A stretch of 61,176 nucleotides of DNA from a virus. Taxonomy: Duplodnaviria; Caudoviricetes. The stretch is taken from positions 1-61,176 of the IMG/VR virus record IMGVR_UViG_3300028025_001824. One strand, 5' to 3'. The translations under genes were made by a program, and so were the position numbers. Shown in pieces: positions 18,251 through 28,900 of this stretch. Numbering within the stretch: the stretch's first letter is position 1; each line of letters starts with the position of its first letter. The notes below the pieces were generated by a model that worked only from the letters and a program-made list of their open reading frames with translations, was not told the origin of the DNA and searched no databases.

Positions 18251-18646
18251 TCATAGGTCAGATGCCACCTCTCCGTTACCATCTGCCATATCAGCACTTG
18301 ATTTGCCTTTCGCTAATGTTTCCCGAATCTGAGATAAATAAAAATTCACTTGCTCTGGTGTCGCCGCTTTTGTCCGAGTATCTTCCAACTCCAACATATA
18401 GCGCTGGGTTGCTTCTCGGTCTCTTTCATTCTGTCGTTGTCGAACCCATTCTTTGTTGAAATATACGGGAGCAATAACCTTTTCGTCATTCATGTAATGA
18501 ACCGACACAAAATACTTTGCGAACTCAAAAGTCATATCTGGCAACAGAGCGGAATCCCATGCAAGAATCTTTCCTTCATCGGCTTGAAGCCGACCATCAA
18601 AAAGACAGGCGTAGGCAAAAAGTTGGGCTACCTCAGAACGGTTCAT
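18251..18646 (-). CDS. hypothetical protein (possible helicase loader/inhibitor-like)
   Basis: Directly downstream of the initiator; DGR...AW...H pattern. Confidence 0.55.
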   Translation of the reverse strand: MNRSEVAQLFAYACLFDGRLQADEGKILAWDSALLPDMTFEFAKYFVSVHYMNDEKVIAPVYFNKEWVRQRQNERDREATQRYMLELEDTRTKAATPEQVNFYLSQIRETLAKGKSSADMADGNGEVASDL

Positions 18647-19379
18647 TTTCTATCGCCCTCTCTCTTTCTTCTTCATCAATAAACTTTTGAGCAATATCAA
18701 GCGCTCGCATAACTGAGGTCTCGGTGCGAGTCACAGCACTTCCGCGACTCGGCAGAGGAGTATCAGTCCAGCGCTCTTGATTTAGCCAAGTAGATGCGTG
18801 AGCCGTGAACTCAGGCTGACGATTAGGGTCACTAGCAAATCTCTTTGCTCCCTCAATAATCAACTCAACAGGGGCTTTTTTGCAAGCCTTCATAAATGCT
18901 GTCCTTGCCGCGCCTTTGGCTTCTTTTCTTGGATAGATAGCCCAAAACAAATTGAACTCCGAATCCGAAGGATTCGTGTGTATATCTATATTGGGTATGG
19001 GTATGGGTATGGGATGGGTATGGGGCGGTTGAACTTCGCCCGAAGTTACGCCATCTGTTCGCCGTAACGACCTAGAGCGTTGCATACGGTCTGCCGCTTT
19101 TTTACGCTCAGTTTCGACTTTTTCCTTCGTAAATTGGTACTCATCGTAACCCAAAATCTTGATGTCATCCCCGCATATTTCCCACAAGTTTGCTCCAACT
19201 AATGCCGAAATATGGCGAGAGTTTGATAGTTTTTTAACCGTATTTATCGGAATAATGCCATCGGTAAGGTAGGCATTGGAATAGCAAAGGGCTGTGATGT
19301 AAAGACGGAAGGCTCCGTCACTCAATCCAATAATCTTTGGATGGTTAGGAAACCCATCATCAATCCTTACCCAAGTCAT
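18633..19379 (-). CDS. replication initiator-like protein
   Basis: MTWVRIDDGF..HPK N-terminus; FW..YPRK..K..A...TWLN..RW C-terminal domain. Confidence 0.7.
   Translation of the reverse strand: MTWVRIDDGFPNHPKIIGLSDGAFRLYITALCYSNAYLTDGIIPINTVKKLSNSRHISALVGANLWEICGDDIKILGYDEYQFTKEKVETERKKAADRMQRSRSLRRTDGVTSGEVQPPHTHPIPIPIPNIDIHTNPSDSEFNLFWAIYPRKEAKGAARTAFMKACKKAPVELIIEGAKRFASDPNRQPEFTAHASTWLNQERWTDTPLPSRGSAVTRTETSVMRALDIAQKFIDEEERERAIENEPF
18992..19024. repeat. (GGGTAT)n tandem repeat inside the initiator gene
   Basis: tgggtatgggtatgggtatgggatgggtatggg, encoding a PIPIPIP linker. Confidence 0.8.
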
Positions 19380-19395
19380 TCTCTCTCCTTCAATG

Positions 19396-19770
19396 TTAGA
19401 AGTGATGTCCACAATTCGGACATGATTTCTTTTGCTGGCGTAATTCTATTTTTCGATTGTCTACGAACTCGGGTAACACATAAACCTTGCAACGGTTACG
19501 AGTTTCTTTCAATCTCGCAATTCGCTCGGTTAGATGGAGAACGGACAATACACCCGATGCCGACCCATGGTGAAGTCCAAGGGCATCAGCCAACTCTTTC
19601 CAAGTCGCTCCATGCTTACCGCGATTGGCTAGGTAGGTAAGCGCCGCGATTTGGCGCTTACCCGTAGTTCCATCTGCATCTTGAACTCTCGCTCTTTCCT
19701 CAGATGAATCTGAACCTGACCAGCCCGATGTACCGCTATAGGGAACTTCAGGAAACGCTAACTGTGTCAT
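19396..19770 (-). CDS. winged-HTH DNA-binding protein with C-terminal CxxC
   Basis: GATWKELADALGLHHGSASGVLS. Confidence 0.7.
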   Translation of the reverse strand: MTQLAFPEVPYSGTSGWSGSDSSEERARVQDADGTTGKRQIAALTYLANRGKHGATWKELADALGLHHGSASGVLSVLHLTERIARLKETRNRCKVYVLPEFVDNRKIELRQQKKSCPNCGHHF

Positions 19771-20422
19771 CGCTTGACTCCTTAGTGGTTGAAGTTTCAA
19801 CTACTGGGGAAGTGCCAACACGGTTCTGAGCCTCCTTGAATGAAATTCGTAAAGTCTCAAGGATTGATGGCTCAATCGCATCTTTATACTTGGTGATGTA
19901 AGCGCCCAACTTTGCAAGTGTTTCCAAGTCAGAAGATTCAGAGATTGCCTTGGCGAGCGCCTTGGTATCAACTACGACCTTTTCTGAACGCTCGTAACTT
20001 TGACTATCTGGGTCTGGCTCGTCAGTTGGTAGCGATAGTGTTTGTAGGAGCGCTGTTCGAAATGCAACAGACATCGCCTTAGCGGTTGCCTTGTCTCCTG
20101 AGTCCATTGCCTCACCGACTACCGTGGCTTTAATTGCATCTCCACCAGCGCCGATAAATGTGTAGGTCACTTTAACTTTTACATGACCCATAACTGTGCG
20201 GTTCTTGCCGATTTCAACTGAGGCATATTCATAATCCTCAACTGAGGGAACCACGATTACGCCATGCTTTTGAAGTGCAGGTGATACTGCATTTACAACG
20301 GCATCAATGCCACGGAAGTTAAATCCTTGGGATGCGTTGCGGTCATTCTTCTTAACTGCTCCAACTTCCTTCATAACTTCATTTAGGGCTTGAGCAATTG
20401 ATAGTGTTTTGGTTTCTGACAT
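19748..20422 (-). CDS. erf: ERF family single-strand annealing protein
   Basis: FNFRGIDAV...PAL.KHG...GEAMDSGDKA..KAMS.A.R. Confidence 0.85.
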   Translation of the reverse strand: MSETKTLSIAQALNEVMKEVGAVKKNDRNASQGFNFRGIDAVVNAVSPALQKHGVIVVPSVEDYEYASVEIGKNRTVMGHVKVKVTYTFIGAGGDAIKATVVGEAMDSGDKATAKAMSVAFRTALLQTLSLPTDEPDPDSQSYERSEKVVVDTKALAKAISESSDLETLAKLGAYITKYKDAIEPSILETLRISFKEAQNRVGTSPVVETSTTKESSDDTVSVS

Positions 20423-20434
20423 TTCCTTCTCTCT

Positions 20435-20977
20435 CTACTCGGTTACGAACTTGACTGAGGTTTCGGCTGGAACAACCTTGACCTCGGGGATAATTTCGCC
20501 TTGGGTTGAAATTACCACACCTTCTTCGGTAATCAAAGCCTTTAACGCAGATTTGTCTACATCAGTTTTGATTCGCAGAAGTGAAGGGTCATTAACCTTC
20601 GCCCACTCAATGAATTTAGATTCATCATTGAACTCAATGCGTGGCTGACCAGCCGTGGTCTTGAGTGAGCCATGGGGCAAGGTTACCGTTTTGCGACCCT
20701 CAGAGCGCTGTAGGAGCGCGTAAGGGGTAAGGACTGCCTCAAAGTACAGGGCATCTCGGTCTAGGGCTGTATTGACCGTTGAAAGCCATTCCGTGATGCG
20801 TATGACCTCGGCATCGAAGATGGCTTTGTTCTCGGCTTGCTTACGCCGAATGACTGCTAATTTGCGAATTGCCCAATCAGCCTTTTGGTCTGTATCAACT
20901 ACGAAACCCTCATTTTCCGCTGAGATTGAAGATACAGCGGGATTGTCGAACTCATTGATTTCTGGTTGTGTTGTCAT
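20435..20977 (-). CDS. Mu Gam-like host-nuclease inhibitor
   Basis: ADWAIRKL coiled coil, KTVTLPHG, DKSALK; GAGGAG RBS. Confidence 0.75.
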   Translation of the reverse strand: MTTQPEINEFDNPAVSSISAENEGFVVDTDQKADWAIRKLAVIRRKQAENKAIFDAEVIRITEWLSTVNTALDRDALYFEAVLTPYALLQRSEGRKTVTLPHGSLKTTAGQPRIEFNDESKFIEWAKVNDPSLLRIKTDVDKSALKALITEEGVVISTQGEIIPEVKVVPAETSVKFVTE

Positions 20978-20997
20978 ATTGCTCCTCTCATAGCGAG

Positions 20998-21027
20998 AGG
21001 TTACACACCCCCAGTTGGGTATGTCAA
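20998..21027 (-). promoter_or_regulatory. promoter of the recombination/replication operon, with inverted box in the spacer
   Basis: TTGACA-18 nt (tacccaactgggggtgtg)-TAACCT. Confidence 0.7.
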
Positions 21028-21030
21028 ATC

Positions 21031-21309
21031 CTACAAGCCGATGATTTGCCCAACATATACGGAGGCACCGACAACTGTGGCGATGATGAGAGCGCCAACA
21101 GTACGAACCACCCACTCGGAGCGAGATTCCATCTTTTCAACTCGGTCAAGGATTGATTCCATTGCCTGTTGAAAACGAGCAGAATCAGATGAGTAGACAT
21201 CACGGCGAACATAAGTCTCGCCAATGTTGATATTGATTTGCTTGACTTCTGTGGTCAAGTCATCAAGCCTACGCATGATTTCCCCGAGGGTTGGTTCGTG
21301 TTCTGCCAT
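21031..21309 (-). CDS. lysis-cassette membrane protein
   Basis: Coiled coil plus C-terminal TM helix, after the endolysin. Confidence 0.75.
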   Translation of the reverse strand: MAEHEPTLGEIMRRLDDLTTEVKQININIGETYVRRDVYSSDSARFQQAMESILDRVEKMESRSEWVVRTVGALIIATVVGASVYVGQIIGL

Positions 21310-21311
21310 GA

Positions 21312-21818
21312 TTATCCTTTGAACTTAGGGCGACCAAAGCCGACAACTGCAAGAGGCAATCCTTTTTTAGCGCTCTTTTTGTAAGCGCGAACCTTCTTGG
21401 CAACTTGTCCACCGTTTCGCTGGTCACCTTTCTTGTCTGGGCTGGTATTTCCTTCGATACAGGTAACTGTTCCGTCACCGTTGTCTTTCAAAACAATTCC
21501 TACATGAGAAATCCGATTGACCCCATCCATCGGGAAATCAAAATAGGCAATATCTCCAGGCTGAGGAGTTGCTGTTTCTGCATCCTCCCAAGCCTTAGCC
21601 TTCTTATAAGCGTTAGCGCCAGCAAGAGTTGAGACTGTATTTACAATCTTTACGCCGCTTTCGTTTCCGCACCACATGACGAAACTTCCGCACCATGGCA
21701 AAAAGTTAGCCTTCGTGTAAGCCCCGTACTTTGTTTCGTTATCCTTTGGACCTTCAATCGTTCCGATTTCTTTGAAAGCGGTTTGAAGGAAAAGTTCAAC
21801 TGAGCCTTTCTCTGCCAT
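21312..21818 (-). CDS. CHAP-domain endolysin
   Basis: PWCGSFV, PGDI, HVGIV, EGNT. Confidence 0.9.
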   Translation of the reverse strand: MAEKGSVELFLQTAFKEIGTIEGPKDNETKYGAYTKANFLPWCGSFVMWCGNESGVKIVNTVSTLAGANAYKKAKAWEDAETATPQPGDIAYFDFPMDGVNRISHVGIVLKDNGDGTVTCIEGNTSPDKKGDQRNGGQVAKKVRAYKKSAKKGLPLAVVGFGRPKFKG

Positions 21819-22108
21819 TACTTTGCCGACTTCTTTGCAACTGCCTTCTTAGCAGGTGCCTTCTTGGTAAGTTTCTTTAGACCTTCAGTCGCTACAACTT
21901 CAGCAATTCTGCCGAACATTGGGTCTTGCTTATTGATGTAGCGAAGTGCTACTGGAAGGATTGCCGCGATACCTGAAGCCAAGATTGCCTTGGCTGTATC
22001 TGCATCAAGAGCGAACAGGTCTCCCCCTGTTGCCATGAAAGTTGCTGTGACTGCCGCTAAGAATGAGCGACCATAAGATGCGAGCATTGCTTTTTGCTGT
22101 GCGTTCAT
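21818..22108 (-). CDS. holin
   Basis: Two TM helices, LRYIN.QDP.FG, basic tail; directly before the endolysin. Confidence 0.75.
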   Translation of the reverse strand: MNAQQKAMLASYGRSFLAAVTATFMATGGDLFALDADTAKAILASGIAAILPVALRYINKQDPMFGRIAEVVATEGLKKLTKKAPAKKAVAKKSAK

Positions 22109-22150
22109 TGTGAACTCCTCTACTAGATGTGTAAATAATAACCTATGGGT

Positions 22151-22837
22151 TTATGAACCAAGGTAGATAAGAGATAATGAAGGCATCCAGCCAACATAAG
22201 AATCTCCATTTGCTTCAACAATTAAACTAGAATTTACAGAAGCCTCGGCTCGCAACTCTATGTAGTGACCCTTGGTAAGAGTGACTGGCGGAGTTGTTAT
22301 ATTTACATGGGAACCGTGAGCGCGAAGTTTTTTCGTATTGCCATAAGCAATCTCTTGAGTTCCATTAAGCAAAATTGAATTACTAAACCAATCATTGTCA
22401 TTACCAGAATCAGACCATTTCACCATGGCAACTGCTATGTAGCGACCTGTGAGCGGGGCTGTCAATCGGGTTGGGTTAGGGCTTAAATCCCAGCAATTCC
22501 AATCATCATTTTCAACTGCGCTGAAAGAGACCAAAGTTTCGGTATTGGCTGTGATTGATTGAGCCGTTCCACGGTAAGCCTTTGGACTCAAGGTACGAGT
22601 AGCCCCAGCAACCATGCCAATACCGAGAAGGTCAGCCCCATCGTTGATAAGCCAAACTTGGTCAGATGGTTTTGGGGCATAGTGGCTCAAATATCGAACT
22701 GAAGGCAATGTAAAGCCATCTCCTGCAATCTGTACATTCATGGTGCGATTAGCATTGACACTTATGACGGTGCCTTGGCGTAACCTAAGTCCAGAGGGTG
22801 TTGCCTTAATCTGATTAACGAGGTAACTCAAGTCCAT
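22151..22837 (-). CDS. minor tail protein
   Basis: Last gene of the tail module; OB-like N-terminus, beta-rich C-terminus. Confidence 0.7.
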   Translation of the reverse strand: MDLSYLVNQIKATPSGLRLRQGTVISVNANRTMNVQIAGDGFTLPSVRYLSHYAPKPSDQVWLINDGADLLGIGMVAGATRTLSPKAYRGTAQSITANTETLVSFSAVENDDWNCWDLSPNPTRLTAPLTGRYIAVAMVKWSDSGNDNDWFSNSILLNGTQEIAYGNTKKLRAHGSHVNITTPPVTLTKGHYIELRAEASVNSSLIVEANGDSYVGWMPSLSLIYLGS

Positions 22838-23955
22838 TAGAATCTCCTACTTCTGCCAATGGCGTTCATCGTAGAGGTAGCCGCAAGTGGGATAGTAATT
22901 GCATCCAGCATCAAAGTAGCATTGACTCCAGATGGCGAGCGCACAATCTTTACCAAGTCATATACATCGTGGGCTGGGTTCACAATTTGGTCCCATGTAA
23001 TTTTCTCAGATGCTCCAATAACCTTTTTCAACTCAGCGCGAGCCGCTTCTACAGCCTCGGCAACGGTCAAGATGTTGGGAGATGATTTGAAGATGGGAAC
23101 TGAGCCGTAAGTTGTTACATAGGTAGGGCTAGATGGGTTATCGTCAAAAGCCTCACCGATAACGCCGATAGTCAGGTTTGTTCCTTCACCTGTATAAATT
23201 ACATGGTTATAGGACTCATCGCTGGAAAGGTTGCGACCCAATTGAGTAAGGACTGAATCCTCGCCATCTGTGTACTCAACTAAAGCCTTGCCTAAATCTG
23301 GGTCTGGGATTGGTCTCATACGAGCCGTACCGTTTTCATCAAAGTACAAATCCATGCCAGCCGACTCAGCAATCTTAAGACATTCTTTCCAAGGGTCAGA
23401 TGACTGGTCAAGAGAGGGATAGATAATACTTGTGACTTGCCCCGTGGCTGGAAAATCTGTTTTCACATTTGGGTAACGGTCTTTAAGAATTTTGACTATG
23501 GCTGTTTCTTTTGGGGTTGCATCCTCAATATAAAAATTGTGGTTTGTCCACTTAGCCTTGGCAACTCGAAGGCTTCTATCTGAGCCTTGAACTGAAATCT
23601 TTACACCTTGAGGGCTATCTGAAACTTCAACGGTTGTAAGTTGAAAAACACCGAGCGGAACTAATTCTTCAGTTCCATCTAAATATTGAATTCCACGGTA
23701 AATCTTTACTTCACGGTTATAGGGTAGGAGAACTGAGGAGCGGTTATTAGTTGGAACAAGCGTTCCATCCGCATCTACGAACTCAAGGCTACATTGCCTA
23801 CGAACAGAACGGCGACTATCAATTGTTACTTCTCCACCTATCGGGGATACCGTACTCAAAATGTTTCCGTTAGCAGTATCGTAAATCTCTACCTTGATTT
23901 TAGATATATGAGACTTTCGAACTGACGAAAGGAAGGTGTCAGTTACGGGATACAT
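22837..23955 (-). CDS. minor tail / baseplate hub-like protein
   Basis: Position after distal-tail genes; ELVPLGVF and LYFD..G motifs typical of actinophage tails. Confidence 0.75.
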   Translation of the reverse strand: MYPVTDTFLSSVRKSHISKIKVEIYDTANGNILSTVSPIGGEVTIDSRRSVRRQCSLEFVDADGTLVPTNNRSSVLLPYNREVKIYRGIQYLDGTEELVPLGVFQLTTVEVSDSPQGVKISVQGSDRSLRVAKAKWTNHNFYIEDATPKETAIVKILKDRYPNVKTDFPATGQVTSIIYPSLDQSSDPWKECLKIAESAGMDLYFDENGTARMRPIPDPDLGKALVEYTDGEDSVLTQLGRNLSSDESYNHVIYTGEGTNLTIGVIGEAFDDNPSSPTYVTTYGSVPIFKSSPNILTVAEAVEAARAELKKVIGASEKITWDQIVNPAHDVYDLVKIVRSPSGVNATLMLDAITIPLAATSTMNAIGRSRRF

Positions 23956-24380
23956 TATGGAGCGCCTACCTCAAAGTAATTGACCTTGGCGTTACGAATA
24001 AGGTTTCCGATTGGTCCAATTTCTGTCCAAGTTCTATCCACAAAGCGAACATACTTTTGGCGACCTAGTGGGTCGTGAACATGAAGAATTCCTTGATATG
24101 TAAGAACTGGATAAAGATTTTCCCACTCGGTTTCGCCCTGCGTAGTGAACTCGTATGAGCCATCAATTCCGTAAATGCTCGTAGCAATAACGATTGTCTT
24201 TGATGCTCCAAGGGGCTTGAATTGTCCGTATGATTCCACAATCTGTGAATTCAAAGGTTGCTGAACTCTAAGTGAGCGCACCGCAATTGTTGGATTTTGA
24301 ATAGCGGTAAAAGACCAAATTTTAGGATTTGTAATCTGGATTGGCTCTGTAGATACATAGCCTGATGAAAGAACAGCCAT
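23955..24380 (-). CDS. minor tail protein (distal-tail-like)
   Basis: Coupled within the tail operon. Confidence 0.7.
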   Translation of the reverse strand: MAVLSSGYVSTEPIQITNPKIWSFTAIQNPTIAVRSLRVQQPLNSQIVESYGQFKPLGASKTIVIATSIYGIDGSYEFTTQGETEWENLYPVLTYQGILHVHDPLGRQKYVRFVDRTWTEIGPIGNLIRNAKVNYFEVGAP

Positions 24381-25969
24381 TAGATTTCAGCCCTCGCCTT
24401 CGCACGATAAATTACGGTTGTATCAAGAGGAACTTCATAATCATCCAATGTAGCAATTTGTGATGCCGATGCCGTTACTGGACTGTTTCGGATTTCTGCA
24501 AATGTTGTTCCAGAATCTTCAGAGCGCTCAACTACAAAAGAAAATGTAGTGAATCCACCTCTTGTCCAGACTGGAGTATCGCCCGCATGGAAAGCAATCT
24601 TGTCTACGAAATGAGTCTCACCCGCGCCAGCGCTTGCAATCTTTACGATTACTTGAGCATGGGTCGCTGTTGCAGGTGCCGTACCAGATACATTGCACTC
24701 ATTCCACGCACTAGATGAATCATTTTCTGCTGTTCCGAAAACTGTTGAGATTGCGGTTCCACTTGTATTGAGCCAGATGATTCCAACAGAGCAAGCGCGA
24801 GCCGTGGTTCCAGCCCTGAACTCAGCGGTAGCCGAGAACTTATTGTTAGCCGTTACAGCGAACTTTGTAGCCGTGGTAGTTGATGCCGTCATATCTCCAG
24901 CCGAGCCAGAAAGAACTGCTAAGGAGGCGGTACCGCTTGAATACTGGGCTGTACTGCGCGAGATTGAGCAGTTCGTGACAGCCGCCCATCCTGTTGTATT
25001 TGTTTCAAGAGATGCTTGATTAGCGGAAAGGGCGTTTGTACGACCAAAGATTGTTACTGTGACTGCGCCCGTGGTTGAATCATAGAAAGCCGATACGGTT
25101 GGAGTTGCTGGAGAATCAATGGCTAGAGCAAATTGTGAAAATGCCCAAGCGCTAAAGTAATTGACACCATTGATAAGAGAGGCAACTCGAACATAGGCTC
25201 GGTAGGTAGTGCTATTGGCAAGGTCGCCTTCAAGAGTTTGACCGTTATTTGTGGATGTGATGATTCCAGTACCAATAATCGGAGTGGATGTATCGGGGCT
25301 GAAGGTTCCCCCGCCGTAAGTCGCCGCATCAAAGATTTTAATTTCGTAGGCGGATTGAGGGCTACCGTCTGAAAATGTTGGAGTCCATGTAACTGAAGGG
25401 AAAGATGTATCCGTGACAGTTCCAGAAGGGGCTGTAACGCTCACGGTAGGGCGTGGAGCGGTCTCTACATCAATGTAAAGCGCATAAAGAGTTGTTCGGT
25501 TAGTTGGGTCTGGTGGCAGAATTGCTGAGCCTGTAGCGCCATCCGTGAACTTCACTACTAAGTTATCTAAAAGCGTTTGTGTCCAAGTGGCACCATTTGG
25601 GGCGCTTGTTAATTTAATACCTAGGTCAAAAGTTGTCGCTGTGACTATGCCCTGCTTTGAGACTGGGATGCCATAAGTAACGGTGCGACCATTACGGTCT
25701 GTAATGACACCGATGCTGAACTGAGCAAGTGAATCCGCCGCTACAGCCGAGATGCGAGCGCGAAGATTGATTGAGGTAATTGTTTCATCGGCTGACAAAG
25801 TGGTGGTTCCGAACTCAGTCTCGTATGAGGCGGGTACGGTTGTGCTAGTACGAAGAAGAAAAGTTGCATCGCTATCATCTGCTAAAACTGCATGGTCAGA
25901 GCCACCTGTACCTGTAAATAGTGTGTCGCCATTCCAGTTAGCATTAGGGCGAAGTGTGTACGAAGCCAT
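24380..25969 (-). CDS. minor tail protein with Fn3/carbohydrate-binding-like modules
   Basis: Directly after the tape measure gene; Thr/Ser-rich beta domains. Confidence 0.75.
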   Translation of the reverse strand: MASYTLRPNANWNGDTLFTGTGGSDHAVLADDSDATFLLRTSTTVPASYETEFGTTTLSADETITSINLRARISAVAADSLAQFSIGVITDRNGRTVTYGIPVSKQGIVTATTFDLGIKLTSAPNGATWTQTLLDNLVVKFTDGATGSAILPPDPTNRTTLYALYIDVETAPRPTVSVTAPSGTVTDTSFPSVTWTPTFSDGSPQSAYEIKIFDAATYGGGTFSPDTSTPIIGTGIITSTNNGQTLEGDLANSTTYRAYVRVASLINGVNYFSAWAFSQFALAIDSPATPTVSAFYDSTTGAVTVTIFGRTNALSANQASLETNTTGWAAVTNCSISRSTAQYSSGTASLAVLSGSAGDMTASTTTATKFAVTANNKFSATAEFRAGTTARACSVGIIWLNTSGTAISTVFGTAENDSSSAWNECNVSGTAPATATHAQVIVKIASAGAGETHFVDKIAFHAGDTPVWTRGGFTTFSFVVERSEDSGTTFAEIRNSPVTASASQIATLDDYEVPLDTTVIYRAKARAEI

Positions 25970-28900
25970 TATTTAGCCGCCAATTCCTTAGCCAAGATTG
26001 CAAATGTTTGTTCAATCTTATCGGTAATCATCTTGATTTCTTCTTCGGTATTTGCCGCACCTGAAGTATTGACGACAACTTGGAAAGCGCCTTGCTGAAT
26101 GAACTGATTGTTGCCTGATGTGCGTGTAGCAAGTTCAGCCTCAGTTAAACGGTTGAGTTGAGCCTGAGCATTACCAATCAAGCCACCGAACGCCGCATCT
26201 GCACCGTACTGACCAATCGCCGCACCTGAGAATGAAATAGCCTTTTGGAGAGAGTTAATTTGCTGGATAGCCTCTGCACCACCACCGAGAATTGATGCCG
26301 CAAGTTGAGCGCCCTTGACTGGTCCAGATTCAATAATGTCTTTAAGAGCGCCTGAATCCAAGCCCATTGCCTGAAGTGTGGCAATCTGCTGAGCAAACTG
26401 ATTACTCTTATCAAGGCGCTGGCGCATATTCTCAATAAGAGATTTAGCCTTTGGAACAAATCCATCTGGCAACTCAATGCTTTTTAGACCAGCAAATCCT
26501 ACGATTGTGTCTTTGAGACTATCAGCGAACTCACCTGATGCTTTACGAAGGTCATCAAGAACGCCCTTGATTGAGTCAATACCTGCTTGCATTGCTTCAC
26601 GGATAGCCTTCATACGGTCAGCCGCTTTTAGAGCATCTTCCGCCGCTTTAGTATCATCAACAATTGTTGAGGCTTCGTTATATTTTTTCTTTTCTTCAGC
26701 CAAAATATCGCCAAAACCCAGACCTTCTTTAAGACTGTCTTTAATCTTGTTAATAAAGTTACTAATACCATCGCCTACCGCCGCTGAAAAATCTGTATTA
26801 TCTGCGAATTCCATCATAGATGCAGAAAGACCAATTAGGAATTGACCTGCTTGTTCTGTTTTACCTGCAATACCATCAATAAATGAGCCAACTGTTCTTG
26901 CAAAATCAAAGTCTTTTACATCTTGAATAGCATCAATCATTGTGTCAATTGCGGAAGAAGCCAACTTTGCGCCAGAAACCATCACTTGAAGAATCTTTGC
27001 GCCGTTATCTTGACCGCCAAATTGTTCTACCTTGACAGCAAAATTCGTCAAAAGTTTTTCTGTTGCTCTTAAACCTTTTTCAACTCCAGCACCAATTCCA
27101 CCAATTTTACTTACAGCAGTTTCTACTCCAGTTACAATTCCATCAAAGGCTTTTTTACCAAAGCCAACTAAAGTTCCAGCAAAACCTGTAACTAATGTTC
27201 TGCCAGCATCTAAACCACTACGAATACTAGCCGCAATCTCAGGACCAATTTTAGGTAATTTTTCAATAAGGTCGGCAAGTTTTCTAATAAAAACTGTCAT
27301 TTTGTCGTAAACAAAACCAAGGAACTCGCCAATATTAGAAGCAACATTTTCTAAAACATTGAAAATTCCACCTGCAACATTGCTTATGACATTTAAGATT
27401 GATAAAAATACTTTTTTAACTCCGCCGAAAAGGTCATTAAACGCTCCCACAAGGTCGGCAATTGTGCCGATAATAAATGCAAGAACTCTAATAATGCCCT
27501 CGACAACCAAAGAAATAATTTTGATGATTCCGTTAAAGATAGTTTTAACGACATCATATAAAATTCCTTGGCTTTCCATAAGGTTAATAAAGGCGTTGAT
27601 AATAGATTGAATAACGACAAGTTGGAATTGGTAGTAGGTTAAAACTACATCCATAATGAACTCAAATACCTTGGCTACTACTTCCGCTACAAAGCCGAGA
27701 ACTTTTATGTAAGAAGATAAACCTAAAAGAACATAACCAATCGCCTTAACAATAAAGGCAAATGCTTTTACAGTAACCTTCATTACAAAGTTAAATACTT
27801 TGCCTACTACCTTGGCAAAATCTTCGTTCGTAGCCATCAGGTAACCCAGAGCGGCTAATAGAGCAACAATAAGACCAATATAAACCCCAATTGGGTTCAT
27901 AGCCATAATCATATTAAGTTTTCCTTGTTGGATTGCTAAGAATCCAGTAACGGTTGCCTGAGCAGTCGTGAGCGCTGTTTGAATCTTCGTAACAGCGTTT
28001 AATATAACGACTTGCGCCATATACGCACCAACTCCGATAGCCAAAATACCAAAAACCACGGCAACTGTTTTGAAAACCCCAGCGTAAGTTTTCACAAAAT
28101 TTATACTTGTACGGACTATTGTTGCAAGAGCGTTAATAGCCTTGGCTAGAACGGCAACTGCCACTACCGAGAGAGCGCTCATGGCTTTTGCAATAGCAGT
28201 AAATATTGGAAGTAATGGTTTGAAGGCATTGAGAAGATTCAATATTGCTGTTCTTACCTGTGTAGAGGTAGCCGCAAGTACAACTAAAGCAACTGGCAAA
28301 GGAGACAATTTAGCCAATATCTGACCGAAAATTGGTATAGCACTAAACAACTGTTTTCCAGCCATTACAGCAAATGCTGAGCCAACTGAAGCAAGAACAG
28401 GAAGTAACATTTCAAACTTCTCAGCCATAGAGACTATGGTTGTCTGAGAACTTTTTAATACCCCGTCTAATTGTTCAACTGGGGGCTTAGCCTCAGTAAA
28501 CTTCTTTATCATGTCGCCAATGTAAGTTAAAAAGGCTGTAACAGGAGCGGTAAGTTTTACAATTACCATTTCCAATGCTTTTAGCACATTTTTGAAAGTT
28601 TCGCTTTTAGTAAGTGCTTTAGATATGTTTTTGTAAACATCATAAAAAGCCTTAATCATTGGACCTAAGCCTTTTAGAAGAACTCCACCAATTGCTACTT
28701 GGATTTCATTAGTTATACGCTTAAAAGAACGGAGGACTTTTCCTGGGCTATCCATAGCCGCTTCATAAACTCCAGCAACTTTAGCCGCTTCTTTGAGCGC
28801 TCCCGTTGCAACCGCTGTTTGTTTTTCTTGATATGTTAAAGCGTTGGCTGATTTTCCAATGCTTCTAGCAAATGATTCGTACATCTGCCCAGCAGATTTT

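Noticed and set aside
20978-21115. Long N-terminal extensions in the ORF track (Gam-like; also ssb, HNH, DUF6378-like, 9950)
   Set aside because: They overlap neighbouring genes or promoters; downstream starts have an RBS or stop-start coupling.
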